A stretch of 64,000 nucleotides of DNA, taken from assembly GCF_020745735.1 (NCBI RefSeq), contig NW_026867476.1, positions 974,427 through 1,038,426 of the forward strand, given 5' to 3'. Position 1 is the stretch's first letter. Each line of letters begins with the position of its first letter. The DNA comes from Hemiscyllium ocellatum. Lineage: Eukaryota. Both the position numbers and the translations under genes were made by a program. Below are positions 1 through 11,484 of the stretch, piece after piece. Below the pieces are notes generated by a model. The model worked only from the letters and a program-made list of their open reading frames with translations. It was not told where the DNA came from and ran no database searches.

Positions 1-1194
1 AAAAAGGAAGGGAAGGAACAGGAGTTGGTTCTCGATTTGAAAGCGTTGGAACTCAATATGAAGGCCGGAAGGCGGTGAAAGAGCCGAGTCCAAAGGCGAG
101 GTGTTGCTGCCCTGGTTTGCGCTCTGATGCGCTGGAGCACTGCAGTGGGCCGGGAACAGGCAAAAGGGCACACATCCTGCACTATAGGCAACGGCAATCG
201 CTCTGTTAGAGTGGATAGCTGTAATGTTTAGTCAAAACCACGCTTGCCAAAGTATCTCGTGACTTCCAGTCAGTTTTAGGTCCGAGGAACTCTGTCAAAG
301 CCATTTATTTTACTGACCTTGCCAATACCTGCCCTCACCCAATGACAACAGGTTTACAAACTCACTCTTGATAAGATTCATCATCAAATGAGCACAGCTG
401 GAAGCCTTTAGTTAAACACTTACATGTTCCTCCCAGGCACTGCTGTACATTAATGCCTAATCCAAGTAAACTACACAGGTCAGAACACGAGTTAAGACTT
501 GGTCCGCGAGTCTTTGGAAAATAGCTGAAGCACTTTAAACACCCGAAGTGTGACACGATTTTTATGTCATTCCGTTTGGCTTAGAGGCCGATATCGCCAG
601 AACAGTCCTTGCCAGATTGCTTCCGTGCATCCATCTTGATCAGGGATGAAGCACAGCCAACCCCGATCAATACAATCGGATTACTCAGGCAGGAAGCTGT
701 CTTCATCACTGCATCATTTCTCGTCATCAACGCAGAATCCAGAGGACGTTTGGCTTTTGAAACTAACGACACACAGAGACGTCCAGTTGTCAGTAGATTA
801 AACCGGGTGCACTTTCTAACATGCCAAGGTCACTGCGTTCCAGGCTGAAACGTGAAGCACCTTGCCTTAATCGGCGTGGATCTCCTCAATTTCAACTGAG
901 TTTTTTTTTTCCCCCAAGGTTCCTCCAATCCCAGAAAGAACCTCACTCGATTCTCCTGTTGGTCCGTCTCCAGGTATGAAACTAAGTTGTACATTGTTCA
1001 GGGGCTGCCTGGATTCAACCCCGAGTGGTCAATGTCACATTCTACTGCAGCAGTTTGAGAAGGTGATACACTCTGGGCGACAACTGGGAACGGGCAGCAC
1101 AAACTACTGTCCCAAACAAATGTTAAAAAAAGACAAGGAAATGAGGTACAGGCCCAAATATAAAACAGTTAGGACGAGACGATGGCCCAGTGGA

Positions 1195-2385
1195 CTGTTA
1201 ATCCAAAGACAAAGGTGTGGCGCTGGAGAAGCGTAGCAGGTCAGGCAGCATCCGAGGAGCAGGAGAATCGACGTTTCGGGCATAAGCCCTTCATCAGGAA
1301 TGAGGCTTGTGGGCCGGGGCTGAGAGAGAAATGGGATGGGGGGAAGGGGAAGGTAGCCGAGAATGCGAGAGGTTGATGAGTTTTGGGGGGGGGGGGGGGA
1401 AGGCGATAGATAGAAGAGGGTGGAGCCGACAGATGGGAAGGACGGTGGACAGGTCAAGGGGGGTGGTGCCGGGTTGGAACTGGTATAAAAGGTGGGAGGG
1501 AGGGGAAATTGGTGAAATCCACATGGGACCCTGCAACCACACGGGATCAGGGGCAGAAGATGGGGGCGTCCTTCCTCCAGGTGTCAGGTGGTTAGGGTTT
1601 GGTGATGGAGGAAGCCCAGAACCTGCATGTCCTCGGTGGAGTGGGAGGGGGAAGTGTGCAGAGCCACGGGGGCGGTGGGGTTGGCTGGTGCAGGTGTCCC
1701 AGAGATGTTCTCTGAAACGATGCACAAGTCGGCGTCCTGTCTCCCCACTGTACAGGAGACCACATCAGATGTCAACGGGTGCAGTAGGTAACATTTGTGG
1801 ATGTGCAGGTAAATTTCTGTCAGATGTGGAAGGATCCTCTGGGGCCTTGGACGGAGGTGAGGTGGGGGTTTGGGGGGGGAGGTCTGGGCACAAGTTTTGC
1901 ACTTCTTGTGGTGGCTGGGGCAGGTACCGGGTGCGGGCTGGTGTGGGGGGGGGGGGGTACATGGATCTGACAAGGAAGTTGCAGAGGGAATGGTCTCTCC
2001 GAAACGCTGATAGGGATGGGGAGGGAAATATATCCCCCCTAATGGTGGAGGGGGGCTGATGCTTATGTATATGGAGGTTGCTAGGGTAGGAGGTGAGGAC
2101 CGTGGTGGGGTTCTGCCCTTGTTGCATTACAGGGGGGCGGGGTGAGAGGAGGTGCAGTCCAGGTCGCTGTGGGAGTCGGTGGGTTTGTAGGAGGTGTCCT
2201 CGGTTGGTCGGTCACCGGAGGTGGAGATGGGGAGAGGTCCAGGAAGGGGAGGGAAGTGTCCCAGATGGTCCAGGTCAATTTGACGTGGGGATAAAAAGTG
2301 AAGGCGCAGTTGATGAACTGTTCATCGATGTAGTGGAGGAAAAGGTGGGGGGTGGTGCCAGTGTAGTTGAGAGACCCCAGTGATA
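1195..2385 (-). mobile_element. Penelope-like retroelement fragment (RT C-terminus + GIY-YIG endonuclease + 3' pLTR), degraded
   Basis: Minus frames give 'LFLHYIDE..FINCAFTFYPHVKLTWTI..TSLPFLDLS' (PLE RT), 'AFRRDHSL' and 'CKTCA..HRFREHLWD..HSTEDMQVLG' (GIY-YIG). Hammerhead core at 1270-1297. Confidence 0.85.
1266..1301 (-). ncRNA. Minimal hammerhead ribozyme motif in PLE terminal repeat
   Basis: Minus strand AUUC-CUGAUGA-AGGGC(UUAU)GCCC-GAAA-CGUC-GAUU: intact catalytic core, stem II hairpin, palindromic ACGU in place of stem III. Confidence 0.7.
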
Positions 2386-2759
2386 ATTCTGAGGACCGGG
2401 GGGGGGGGGGTTCAAATCCTGCCGTGACATTGGGAGGTCGATAAAAATGACCACGAACCTGCTGCCAACTGTTGAAAGGAAACTGGCAGACCTCACTGGT
2501 CAGGCTGACGGGGGGGGAAGGGTCCAGACTCCCACAGCAAGGCGGTGGATTCTGAACTGCCCTGTGGAGCAATACAGACTGGCCTGGCCCAGTGATAGCC
2601 AACAGACCCTCCCCCTTCCACACACCCACCCCCCGCAGGAGGTGAATATCTAACCAGGAGCCATCGGGATTCAATCTGACGAACGCCAGACCTCAAGAGG
2701 GGGATGAGCAGGGGGGGGGGGGGGGGGGGGGGGAGGGATGGGGCAGGGGGTTTGGGAAT

Positions 2760-3593
2760 TCAGTCGTGAACTCGCTGGTGCCGCAGCAAGTGGGCCGACC
2801 GGGTAAACCGCTTGCCGCACTTGGAGCAGGCGAACGGCCGCTCCCCGGCGTGGGTGCGCCGGTGCCGCTGCAAGTGCGACGACCAGGTGAAAGCCCGGCC
2901 GCAGTCGGGGCAGGCGAAGGGCCGCTCGCCGGTGTGCGTGCGCCGGTGCTGCAGCAGGGTGGCCGAGCGGGGGAAGCGCTTGCCGCACTCGGGGCAGGGG
3001 AAGGGCCGCTCGCCGGTGTGGCTCTGCTCATGCTTCATCAGGTTGCCGGCGTCGGCGAAGCCCCGGCCGCAGCTGGAGCAGACGAAGGGCCGCTCGCCGG
3101 TGTGGGCCCGCCGGTGCCGGGCCAGGTCGGTGCTGCGCCGGAAGCTCCCGCCGCAGTCGGGGCAGCGGAAGGCCCGCCGGCCGGAGTGCAGGTGCTGGTG
3201 CCGGGCGAGGTTGGACGAGCAGGTGAACGCCTTGCCGCACTGCCGGCAGACGTGCGGCCGCCCCGTGGCGCCGGGACGCGCGGCGGGAGCGGGAGCGGGG
3301 CCGGGCGGCCGGCTCGGCTCAGCCCTGCAGCGAGGGCAGGCCTCCGCGTTCGTCGGCGAAGCCCGCCCGGCGGACGGCTCCAAGCGCTTCCCGCCGCAGC
3401 GGGGGCAGCGGGGGCGCCTCCCGCTGGCGTGAACCCGCTGGTGTGACTGCAGGTTGGCGAGCCGGATGAAGCCCTTCCCACACCCGGGGCAGGTGAAGGG
3501 TCTCTCCCCGGTGTGAATGCGCCGGTGGACTTCCAGCTCAGACGGGGCTCGGAAACCTTTCCCACAGTCCTCACACTTCCACGGCTTCTTCAT
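2760..3593 (-). CDS. C2H2 zinc-finger protein (8 canonical fingers, no KRAB seen); ZNF-1
   Basis: ATG at 3593 (MKKPWKCEDCGKGF...), repeated CxxC-x12-HxxxH with HTGERPF linkers, stop at 2760-2762. The upstream in-frame extension is a minisatellite. Candidate acceptor ccttttgcAG at about 4190 (minus). Confidence 0.9.
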   Translation of the reverse strand: MKKPWKCEDCGKGFRAPSELEVHRRIHTGERPFTCPGCGKGFIRLANLQSHQRVHASGRRPRCPRCGGKRLEPSAGRASPTNAEACPRCRAEPSRPPGPAPAPAARPGATGRPHVCRQCGKAFTCSSNLARHQHLHSGRRAFRCPDCGGSFRRSTDLARHRRAHTGERPFVCSSCGRGFADAGNLMKHEQSHTGERPFPCPECGKRFPRSATLLQHRRTHTGERPFACPDCGRAFTWSSHLQRHRRTHAGERPFACSKCGKRFTRSAHLLRHQRVHD

Positions 3594-3604
3594 GGTGGGG
3601 GGCA

Positions 3605-3850
3605 GGTGGGTGGGTGGTCTCTCTTGGCACTTCTGCCGTGACTTGGTGGGTGGGTGGTCTCTCTTGGCACTTCTGCCTTGACTTGGTGGGTGGGGGGTCT
3701 CTCTTGGCACTTCTGCCTTGACTTGGATGGGTGGGGGGTCTCTCTTGGCACTTCTGCCTTGACTTGGTGGGTGGGGGGTCTCTCTTGGCACTTCTGCCTT
3801 GACTTGGTGGGTGGTGGGTCTCTCTTGGCACTTCTGCCTTGACTTGGGTG
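3605..3850. repeat. ~39-40 bp minisatellite, ~6 copies, directly upstream of ZNF-1 ATG
   Basis: Unit GGTGGGTGG(G/T)GGTCTCTCTTGGCACTTCTGCCTTGACTT repeated head to tail. Confidence 0.95.
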
Positions 3851-5699
3851 GAGGGGGGGGAAGACAACCAGCCAGCGGTTAGCGTGCTCACTCCCCGGGG
3901 TGGACGGTCACCCCTCGCCGACCAGGCGGAGCCCTGCTCGGACAGAGGTGACAGGTGGCGTTCCTCCCCCTGTTGGCCCTGGAAGGTGGCGACGTCTTCC
4001 CAGGCGGTGGTAGCGGTCAGCGACCCGGCAGGCTCACTCCGGGCGGTGGGTTTCCGGACCAGCTGGTGGTTGGAATGGCTTCCCAGAGAGAGGCAATGCG
4101 CCCGCCTCGCTCAGTGATACGCAGCTCCTGAACACACATCCGAGTGACCGGGTCACGCCGCTGCCTGTCCGTCCTCTCCTTGTCATCCTCTGCAAAAGGT
4201 GGGGGGGTGTTACAGGAATCACAGTCAGTGCGCGATGAAAATTCCGAACCGACAATTCCACACGCACGCAAAACTCCCTCCAAAGCGGTGCACGCTAGGC
4301 GGACCTGGCTGCGCTAACTCGCCCACGGGAGGGGCAGGTCAGCTTGTGGGAAGTGCAGGGTTGCAGGGACACAGAGTCGGGGGAGGGGGTGGGGTGGGGG
4401 ATTGGGCCTGTGCGTGATGATCTTCGCAGGGTCGGGTGGTCTCCATGGGCTGAACGGCCTACTCTCCCCCACTGTAAGGGTTCCTATGAACGTCAAACAC
4501 ACGTCCGCAAAACATCCACTCCCTTCACCAGTGTGTACCGTCTACAAGACGCACTAATGTGATATGAACGAGTTCACTTGCTGTGGCGACCGGAGGACGT
4601 GGGGATGTCCTGACGCTAGGTTGGGATGCCTTTGGCTTACAGATGGACTGTAAGAAATTGCATTATCATCTCCTATGCAGAGCCATTTACATGGCCAACT
4701 CCATATCATTCAAAACCCTATTTACATTTTCATCCTCCAATCGGAAGGCAGTAACAACATTAGAGCTGGAATTCTGGTTACACCCTGGAGTTTAAAATAT
4801 ATTTATATATAAAAATTCACACCAGATCTGGCCATGGAGGGATGCTTTGCGTGACATTGTTTCTGGAGGTCAGGTGGTCACTGCATTGTGTCACGAGTGA
4901 CATGTGACTGAGGGGTAATCTTAGGGGCTTCACTGACTGTGATGTAAAGATTTAGTCTAAAGGAAGGACCTTTTCTTTGGAGCTTCCCTGGACACGCCCT
5001 CGCCAGCCTGGCGAGGAGCGTTCGGTGTTTCCCCAAAGCTGCCGCTGTACCGTGCTGAATAAAATCTTGCTGGTCCACACAGAGTGTGTGGTGTGCCTGG
5101 GCCTCGGGGCCATCCAGAGCCTGATGCTTCGAGAGCACTGTCCGAAACCCACTTCCACCAAGGGCAGCAGGCACACTGGAACACTGCCACCTTCAGGTTC
5201 CCCTCCGAGCCACCCACCACCCTGACCTGCCGTCCCCTCTCTGCCTGTGGGTCAAAAGCTCCCTCCTGAATAGAACAGTGGGCCGACGTACAAGAAAACA
5301 GCTCACTGCCGGACTCACGGACGTGGATATCGCTGTGCAGGGAATTCACTGCCCGTTTCTAGGTGCCCTTAAGATGATAGCAGTAAGCTGCTTTCTTGAA
5401 CCTGCAGAGATATATATAATACACACACACACGTGTATATATCATTGATGAATACACACACGTATCAAGGGTCACCCAACCCCAGAGTGGCAGAGACAGC
5501 AGTTTCAGAGTCGCAGGGGATTGCGGGTAACCTGGCCGTCATTCCTCACCAAGTCCCAGTGAAAGATTCCTGCTTGCAGAGAGAGTGTGCGCACAATATG
5601 AACGTCCATCTCCTACCACTTGCATTCTGCCTCAATAGAATGATTGGCAACTAATCTGTTGAGTTAGTATTCAAAACGGTAGTCCATGAGGCGAGGGCT

Positions 5700-6058
5700 C
5701 AGAGCAGATTTACCATGATTTTGTCCGGAATGCAGAGGTTGAGCCAAGGGGAGGTCACCTTACTGAGATTTATAAAATAGTCGGTGTTGGGGGGAGAGAT
5801 CTGGTTTAAATAAGGTGAATGGCAGATGTCTTCTCCCTAAAGTGGGGGATTTTCAAGATGTGAGGGCGTATTTTCAAGGTGAGAGGAGAAAGATTTTAAA
5901 AAGAGCTGAAGGGCAAATTTATTTTTAACACAGGAAACGGTGGAATGAACGTCTTGAGAAAGTGGCGGATGCAGGTACACAGTCACTAACGCTTAAAAGA
6001 CATTTAGAAGAAACACAAAAATTCCTAAGGGGCTGGACAGGGTAAATGCTGAAAGGAC
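5700..6058 (+). mobile_element. Degraded CR1/HER1-like LINE 3' fragment
   Basis: Matches other CR1 3' copies in the window ('aaggtgagaggagaaagatttta', 'tggaatgaac'). Confidence 0.6.
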
Positions 6059-6839
6059 GTGGAGTGGAAAATTAACATTTACTGTGAAACCTGAAAGAGA
6101 ATACTTTGCTAAAGGTTTTAAGTAGACAGCCTGACTTTGCTGAAGTTTGGAAGCAGACAGCTTGGCTTTGCAAGTCTCGCAAACAGTCAGATTCAGCAAG
6201 AGTCAGGGAAAACATAAAGGGCAGTAAGCAAATATATCAACAGCAAAGGAATGAGAAAAACAACACCATATGTGGAAAGAAGGTTGAATGTTCCCAGTTC
6301 TTGTCCTTGAGCGTGTGATAAGGATAAGTGAAATAAGTGAAAGAGAATATGTGCAAGTTGTTCAGGCCCCTTCCATAAGGCGTTTTTGCCAAGTGTATTG
6401 GGCCCCCTGCACAGGTTACAATAAAGCCTTTTCTTTGCTCTTGCTAGCATTTGAGTCCAGTCGATTTAATTTCCATGACGGTAAACGTGGGGGCCGTTAG
6501 AGGGAGGGAAAAGAGAGAAGCAGAGGTGGAGGTCGCGCAAGAGGAAGAGGGGCTGGCAGAGGTAGATCTGGCGGATGCTTTGTTCGTGGAAGCAATGGAC
6601 CACCGGGCGAGACAGTGCTCGCACAGACAGCCTCAGTCAGCCCTGGAGGCTGGACAGCAGGGTGACTGACGGGGGAAAGCTGAGGTGGAGGTACAGGTAC
6701 AGGTACAGGTAAGCCTCGTTCCTTTATGCCTAGCAATGAAGACTCGCTTACGCTAATCTCTTCTACTGGCACTGAGACTTATGGACCATATGTTCAGTAT
6801 AACTGATGATGCGTACGAGTCAACGCCTATGTTTGATTA

Positions 6840-7103
6840 GAGTAGATTAGATTCTCTACAGTTTGGAAACAGGCCCTTCAGCCCAACAAGTCCATACCAC
6901 CCCTCCGAAGAGTAACCCACCCAAACCTATTCTTACCCCTGACTAATGCACCTAACACTATGGGCAATTTAGTATGTTTGGATCTTTGGATTGTGGGAGA
7001 GAACGTGCAAACTCCACACAGACAGCAGCCCAAGGCTGGAATCGAACCTGGGTCCCTGGCACTGTCAGGCAGCAGTGCTAACCACTGAGCCACCGTGCCG
7101 CCC
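6840..7103 (-). mobile_element. HE1-type tRNA-derived SINE inserted in the ERV-C protease region
   Basis: Minus strand GGCACGGTGGCTCAGTGGTTAGCA (A box), GGTTCGATTCC (B box), (AATCT)n tail. CCTATGT appears on both flanks (likely TSD). Confidence 0.9.
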
Positions 7104-7462
7104 CCTATGTGGAAGGTATGCCAGTTACCCTTTCGGTTGATACATTATTCAGTCCTTAAACCAAGCCAGTTCAGAGAGTCGATGCCAATAGAGGAGTGGG
7201 AGGGTTCCTGAACTCAACGGGCGCATCAGGAGTCATGATACGAGAGAGATTAACCGCACCCCTATTGTGTGAAACCAGTAACGGGGAAACATTCCAATTC
7301 TCATTTCTGTTATCGGAATTCTATCCTTTAAACTATGAGAGGGATCTCATAGTGAGACTGGGGATGGATTTGTTCAGTACCCTTGCTTGCAGGTCATACC
7401 AAAAGAAGATTGACCAGTGCGTGCTGTAAAATACAACCCGCCACCCCGCTGTATGTCTATGA

Positions 7463-7850
7463 GTGGTGATTAAGCCAGAAGGTGATACGTTCACTGAGCG
7501 ATTCGCTCGCCTGGAAGCGAGTAACCACGTTAATCCTTTTAACACCGACCTTCCCGCTGGGGATAGGCTGCACTGCACAGCACACATACACCGCGATGGC
7601 CCTGACGAATCATATGGGAAGGATTGCTTCAGGAGGATTGTCTAAACCAGGTCAGTTGTTATTGTACGAATTTTATTGGAGTGATCACAGACGTACACAG
7701 ACAGTGTGAACTGATCTGAAGTGTCTGTGACAGCAAGTAGACCCTATCGTTTTGACGTGGAAAGCTCTTTTCTGCACGTGTCACAGGCGAAGGCGTCCAG
7801 TGACAGGCGGCAGGTTTGGGGACCATGGGTACTAACGGCACAAAGAACGA
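7463..7850 (+). pseudogene. Degenerate 2H phosphoesterase domain inside ERV-C pol
   Basis: LHCT (His codon 7571) and LHVS (His codon 7775) are in the same frame, 68 codons apart, between PR and RT. The second is followed by 'QAK..D.RQVWGPWV'. Internal stops are present. Confidence 0.65.
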
Positions 7851-9099
7851 AAGGTTGAGTCTTCGGGGATGAGGTGGGCATCTGGTTCAAAGCAAATACG
7901 CGGACATATAGGAATAAACTAAATTGGCTAACTCAGGCAGATAGGACAGCCCAGGTAACCCACCTGCTAGCCGTGAAGAGCCTTAGGAGGGTAGCCTGGC
8001 ACTTTCCTCAGGTAGGAGTCTCGGACGCAAGATTAAGAAGGGTCCCCTACTGAGTTGTGGGCAAAAGGGCAAACATGACGTGGGGCTCATACGAGGCTGC
8101 GAACCCATACACATCACCCCAAAGTCTGAATATCGTCCTCGCAGAACACAACACCCGTTAAAACCCGAGACTGTGGAAGGAGTCTTTGAATCCCTCCTCA
8201 AGGCTGGAGTGATAATCCCCTGTGAAAACTCACCGGTGAGAACCCCCCCATTTTTCCTGGTCAAAGAGGCAAACATTCCCGGTGAACTGGAGGTTTGTTC
8301 AAAACCTGCAGGCAGTCAACAACGCTGTTGTCCCAAGTGCCCCAAATATTCCCAACCCCTATACTATACTGGCTCAAATTCCACCGGACAGTAAAGGGTG
8401 GATTTAGCAAATGCTTTCTTTGGTGTACCGGTGCACCCAGATAGTCAAATGGTAAAGATGTAAAGCGTGGCTGCATGACATCTGTGCTGCTGCAGGATCA
8501 TGGTGGGGGTGGGGGGGGGGGAGAGAGATCGAGGCCGGTAGCTTACTTTTCGGCTAAACTAGATAGACCCCGTAGTGGCAGGATTGTCTCTAAATGCCTG
8601 CGAGCCGGGGCCGCAGCTGAAAAGGCTGTTGCGGCGCCCCGGGACACGGTCGGCGATGGTGAATTAACCCTACCGGTCCCACATGCAGGAACCTTACTGC
8701 TTGCGGGGCAAGAGAGCACACATATGTCGGCACCACGTCGGCTCAGATACAATACTGCGTGATTGGAGATGCCTAACGTTACAATAAAGTGGTGTAATGC
8801 CCAGCAGACTCACAAGGCCAGTAAACTACCATATCAACAGTCAAGGAATGAGAAAAACAACTCCATATACGGAAAGGAACTCAAATGTTCCAGGCTCCTG
8901 GCCTTGAGGTGTTGATAAGGAGAAGTGAATTATAGTATAAAGGAAATATGGAAAAGCTATCTGGCGCCCCATATGTGAGGAGTTTTGCAAATGTATCGGG
9001 TCCCTTCGCAGAGGTCCAAAATAAACTTTTTCTTTGCTCTTGCTAGCATGCGAGTCGAGTTGATTTAATTTCCACGGCAACTACTTGCTTGAAATATTT

Positions 9100-10215
9100 T
9101 GGAGGAGGTGTGGTTATTAAGCTTGTGCATGACACCGACATTGGTGTTGTAGCCGACACAGCCAAGAAGGTCACCTCGGAGAACAACGGGACCTTGATCA
9201 GACAGGACAACGGGGCCGAGGAGTGGCAGATGGAATGAGGTCCTGCAGCTTGGAAAAGCAAAACTGGCAGGGCTTATACACTTCGTGGTAAGGCCCTGGG
9301 AAGGGTTACCAAGCAAAGAGACCCTGAAGCGCAGGTTGGAGTATTGTGCAGAGTTTTGGGCCCCGTTTCTCAGGAAGGATGTACTGGCCCTGGAGCCTGA
9401 TCAGAGGAGGTTCATGAGAATGGTCCCAAGAAAGAAAGGTTTCGCATTTGAGGAATGCTTGAAGAATCTGGGTTCACACTTTATGGAGTTTAGAAGGATG
9501 AGAGGGGATCTAATTAAAACATACAGAATACTGAATGGCCTGGATAGCGTAGATGTTGGGAAGATGTTTCCATTGGTAGAAGAGATTAGAACCTGAGGGC
9601 ACAGCCTTAGAGTAAAGGGAAGACCTTTTAGAACAGAGGTAAGGAGAAACTTCTTCAATCAGAGAGTGGGGAATCTAAGGAATTCGTTGCTACAAAAGGC
9701 TATGAAGGCCAGATTATTGAGTATATTTAAGACGGAGATAAAAAGATGCTGGAGGATCAAGGGTTATGGGGAGAAAGCAGGAGAATGGGGGGTTGAGAAA
9801 CATATCAGGCATGACTGAATGACTGAATGGCCTAATTTCTGTTCTTATGTCTTTGAGGTTCACTGTTCCTTGAAAGTGGAGTCACAGGTAGGCAAGGGTG
9901 GTGAAGGAGGAGGAAGTGAGGATCGCAGATGCTGGAGGTCAGAGTCAAGATTAGAGTGGCGCTGGAAAAGCACAGCAGGTCAGGCAGCATCCCAGACGTT
10001 TTCGGGCAGGAGCCCTTCGTCGGGAATGACTGGGTAGGGAAGGGCAGCGTTTGGTACGCTTGCCTTTGTTGGTCAGCGTACAGAGCTTAGGAGTTGGGAG
10101 ATCCTGCTGCGGCTGCACGGAACGTTAGTTTGGGCTGGTTTTGGAATACTGTGTTCAATTCCGGTCTCCCCGCAACGAGAAGGGTGTTGCAAAACTTGAA
10201 AGTGTGCAGGAAAGA
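9100..10215 (+). mobile_element. CR1/HER1-like LINE fragments with an intervening Penelope pLTR piece (~9915-10030)
   Basis: ORF 9285-9596 'LEYCAEFWAPFLRKDVLALE..QRRFMRMVP..RMRGDLIKTYRILNG' is CR1 ORF2 C-terminal sequence. Confidence 0.75.
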
Positions 10216-10504
10216 TGTTGCTGGGGTTGGAGGTGAAAGAATGGTACATTTTAGCTTGCTTGAAATTGATATGTTAAACAAAATGCTGTCGGGGCAGGGT
10301 GGGTTAGCTTGGGCACGGCCGAGTGTACACAAAGAAAACGGAGAAGCGACTATGAACCGCAAGATAACGAGTGCATGTGACAAAAGTCTTATCCCAACAT
10401 GTCCCAGCAGTAACTGAATTGAGGGCAGTTGTGCGCGAAACTGCAGGAAATGCCTCTTTTTTTGGGGAAAAAAAATATAAAAAGCCTTGGCTTGTGTAAT
10501 CACG

Positions 10505-10892
10505 TGTGAGAGATGCCTGTAAAAAGTGTTGTTGCTGCAAAGAATGGAGTTGCTGGACAAGGGCGCTATAAAAATTCAGATGTGTTATCATGAGTGATAG
10601 TTAAAACTGGCTTCTTGCATCTGCAGACATGTGGTAGTGGTTTTGCAAGGCGGTTACAGCATATGTTCCAGGAAACGGAAGGGGGTTTTAATTTAGATGA
10701 AGAGAAATCACGTAGCGGCCATTAAGCTGTTAGGTAGGGTAAGGGGGTGGGAGAGGTTATCTCCCAGGGATATAACTGTGTACATGTTCCAATGCTCAGA
10801 GCTCATTTGCTTAATGCATTTGATGCCCTTACTTGCAAGTTCATCAATAAATTGCCTTGTTTCCAGCTTTTGGTGGTCTCAGCTAAATTTTA
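10505..10892 (+). repeat. ERV-A 5' LTR (last ~14 bp missing relative to 3' LTR)
   Basis: Aligns to 25843-26231. GATATAA TATA-like at ~10770, AATAAA at ~10846. Confidence 0.95.
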
Positions 10893-10897
10893 GAGTT

Positions 10898-10915
10898 TGG
10901 GGGCTCGTCCAGGAT
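10898..10915 (+). promoter_or_regulatory. ERV-A primer-binding site, tRNA-Pro
   Basis: TGGGGGCTCGTCCAGGAT, 17/18 match to the canonical tRNA-Pro PBS TGGGGGCTCGTCCGGGAT. Confidence 0.9.
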
Positions 10916-11484
10916 CCCACGCTCCGGCAATCTCTCTTAGGGAAAATGGAGCAAGTGCACCTCGCCGATTTCAGCGGTCTCTAGTTTCCCTTGTTGCCAC
11001 AGCGGCTTTGAGCGTGCATGATCTAGATGGAGAGACCGTGGAACAAGGTGATAAGGGAGACATGGCGGGTTTGGTTGGGCAACTCTCGTGCACGAGACCC
11101 GGGTCTTAAAAAAGGTCTTAAGTTCTGAAATAAAAAAGACGTATCCGGGTGACCAGGGTTTGCAGCGACCAATAAGTGCTGCAGATATTGCTGCAGCAGG
11201 TTAGGAGCCGGCATGACCAGGTAACTCTGTGCACAGACCAAGGTAAGAAAAGGACCTTTAAGTATTGCCTTGGTGGTCGGGAACGCAAGGAAGGTGCGGG
11301 GAATTGGCAAAGTAAAATTAAGAGTGTATAGTTGGCCAAATTGACCGGACGAGTAAGGTGTCTACCTGATTCGACCGCCCAGCCTTAGACCGGTTGTTAA
11401 GAGGGGAAATCCCCCACGCGAAGGTAAGGACCCTGAAGTGGGTGTGGAAGAAGGTGACACCGGACCTCTGTAAGATCAATTAAA

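Larger units (their letters stand above)
6060..9079 (+). mobile_element. ERV-C: old, heavily deleted class I (epsilon-like) endogenous retrovirus: LTR - NC - PR - 2H domain - partial RT - connection - LTR
   Basis: Diverged direct repeats at about 6235-6480 and 8832-9079 with AATAAA, ending TTAATTTCCA(T/C)G(A/G)C. Decayed zinc knuckle CFV.GS.DH.ARQC at about 6576-6620. Protease C-terminus 'PLNYERDLIVRLG'. RT 'QHPLKPE..LLKAGVIIPC.NSPVRTP..WRFVQNLQAVN..PNPYTIL..VDLANAFF'. Connection 'RPVAYFSAKLD'. Confidence 0.8.

Noticed and set aside
2766-3446. Long plus-strand ORFs opposite ZNF-1 (also 37964-38938 and 50301-50921 opposite ZNF-2 and ZNF-3)
   Set aside because: Antisense shadows of repetitive GC-rich finger codons.
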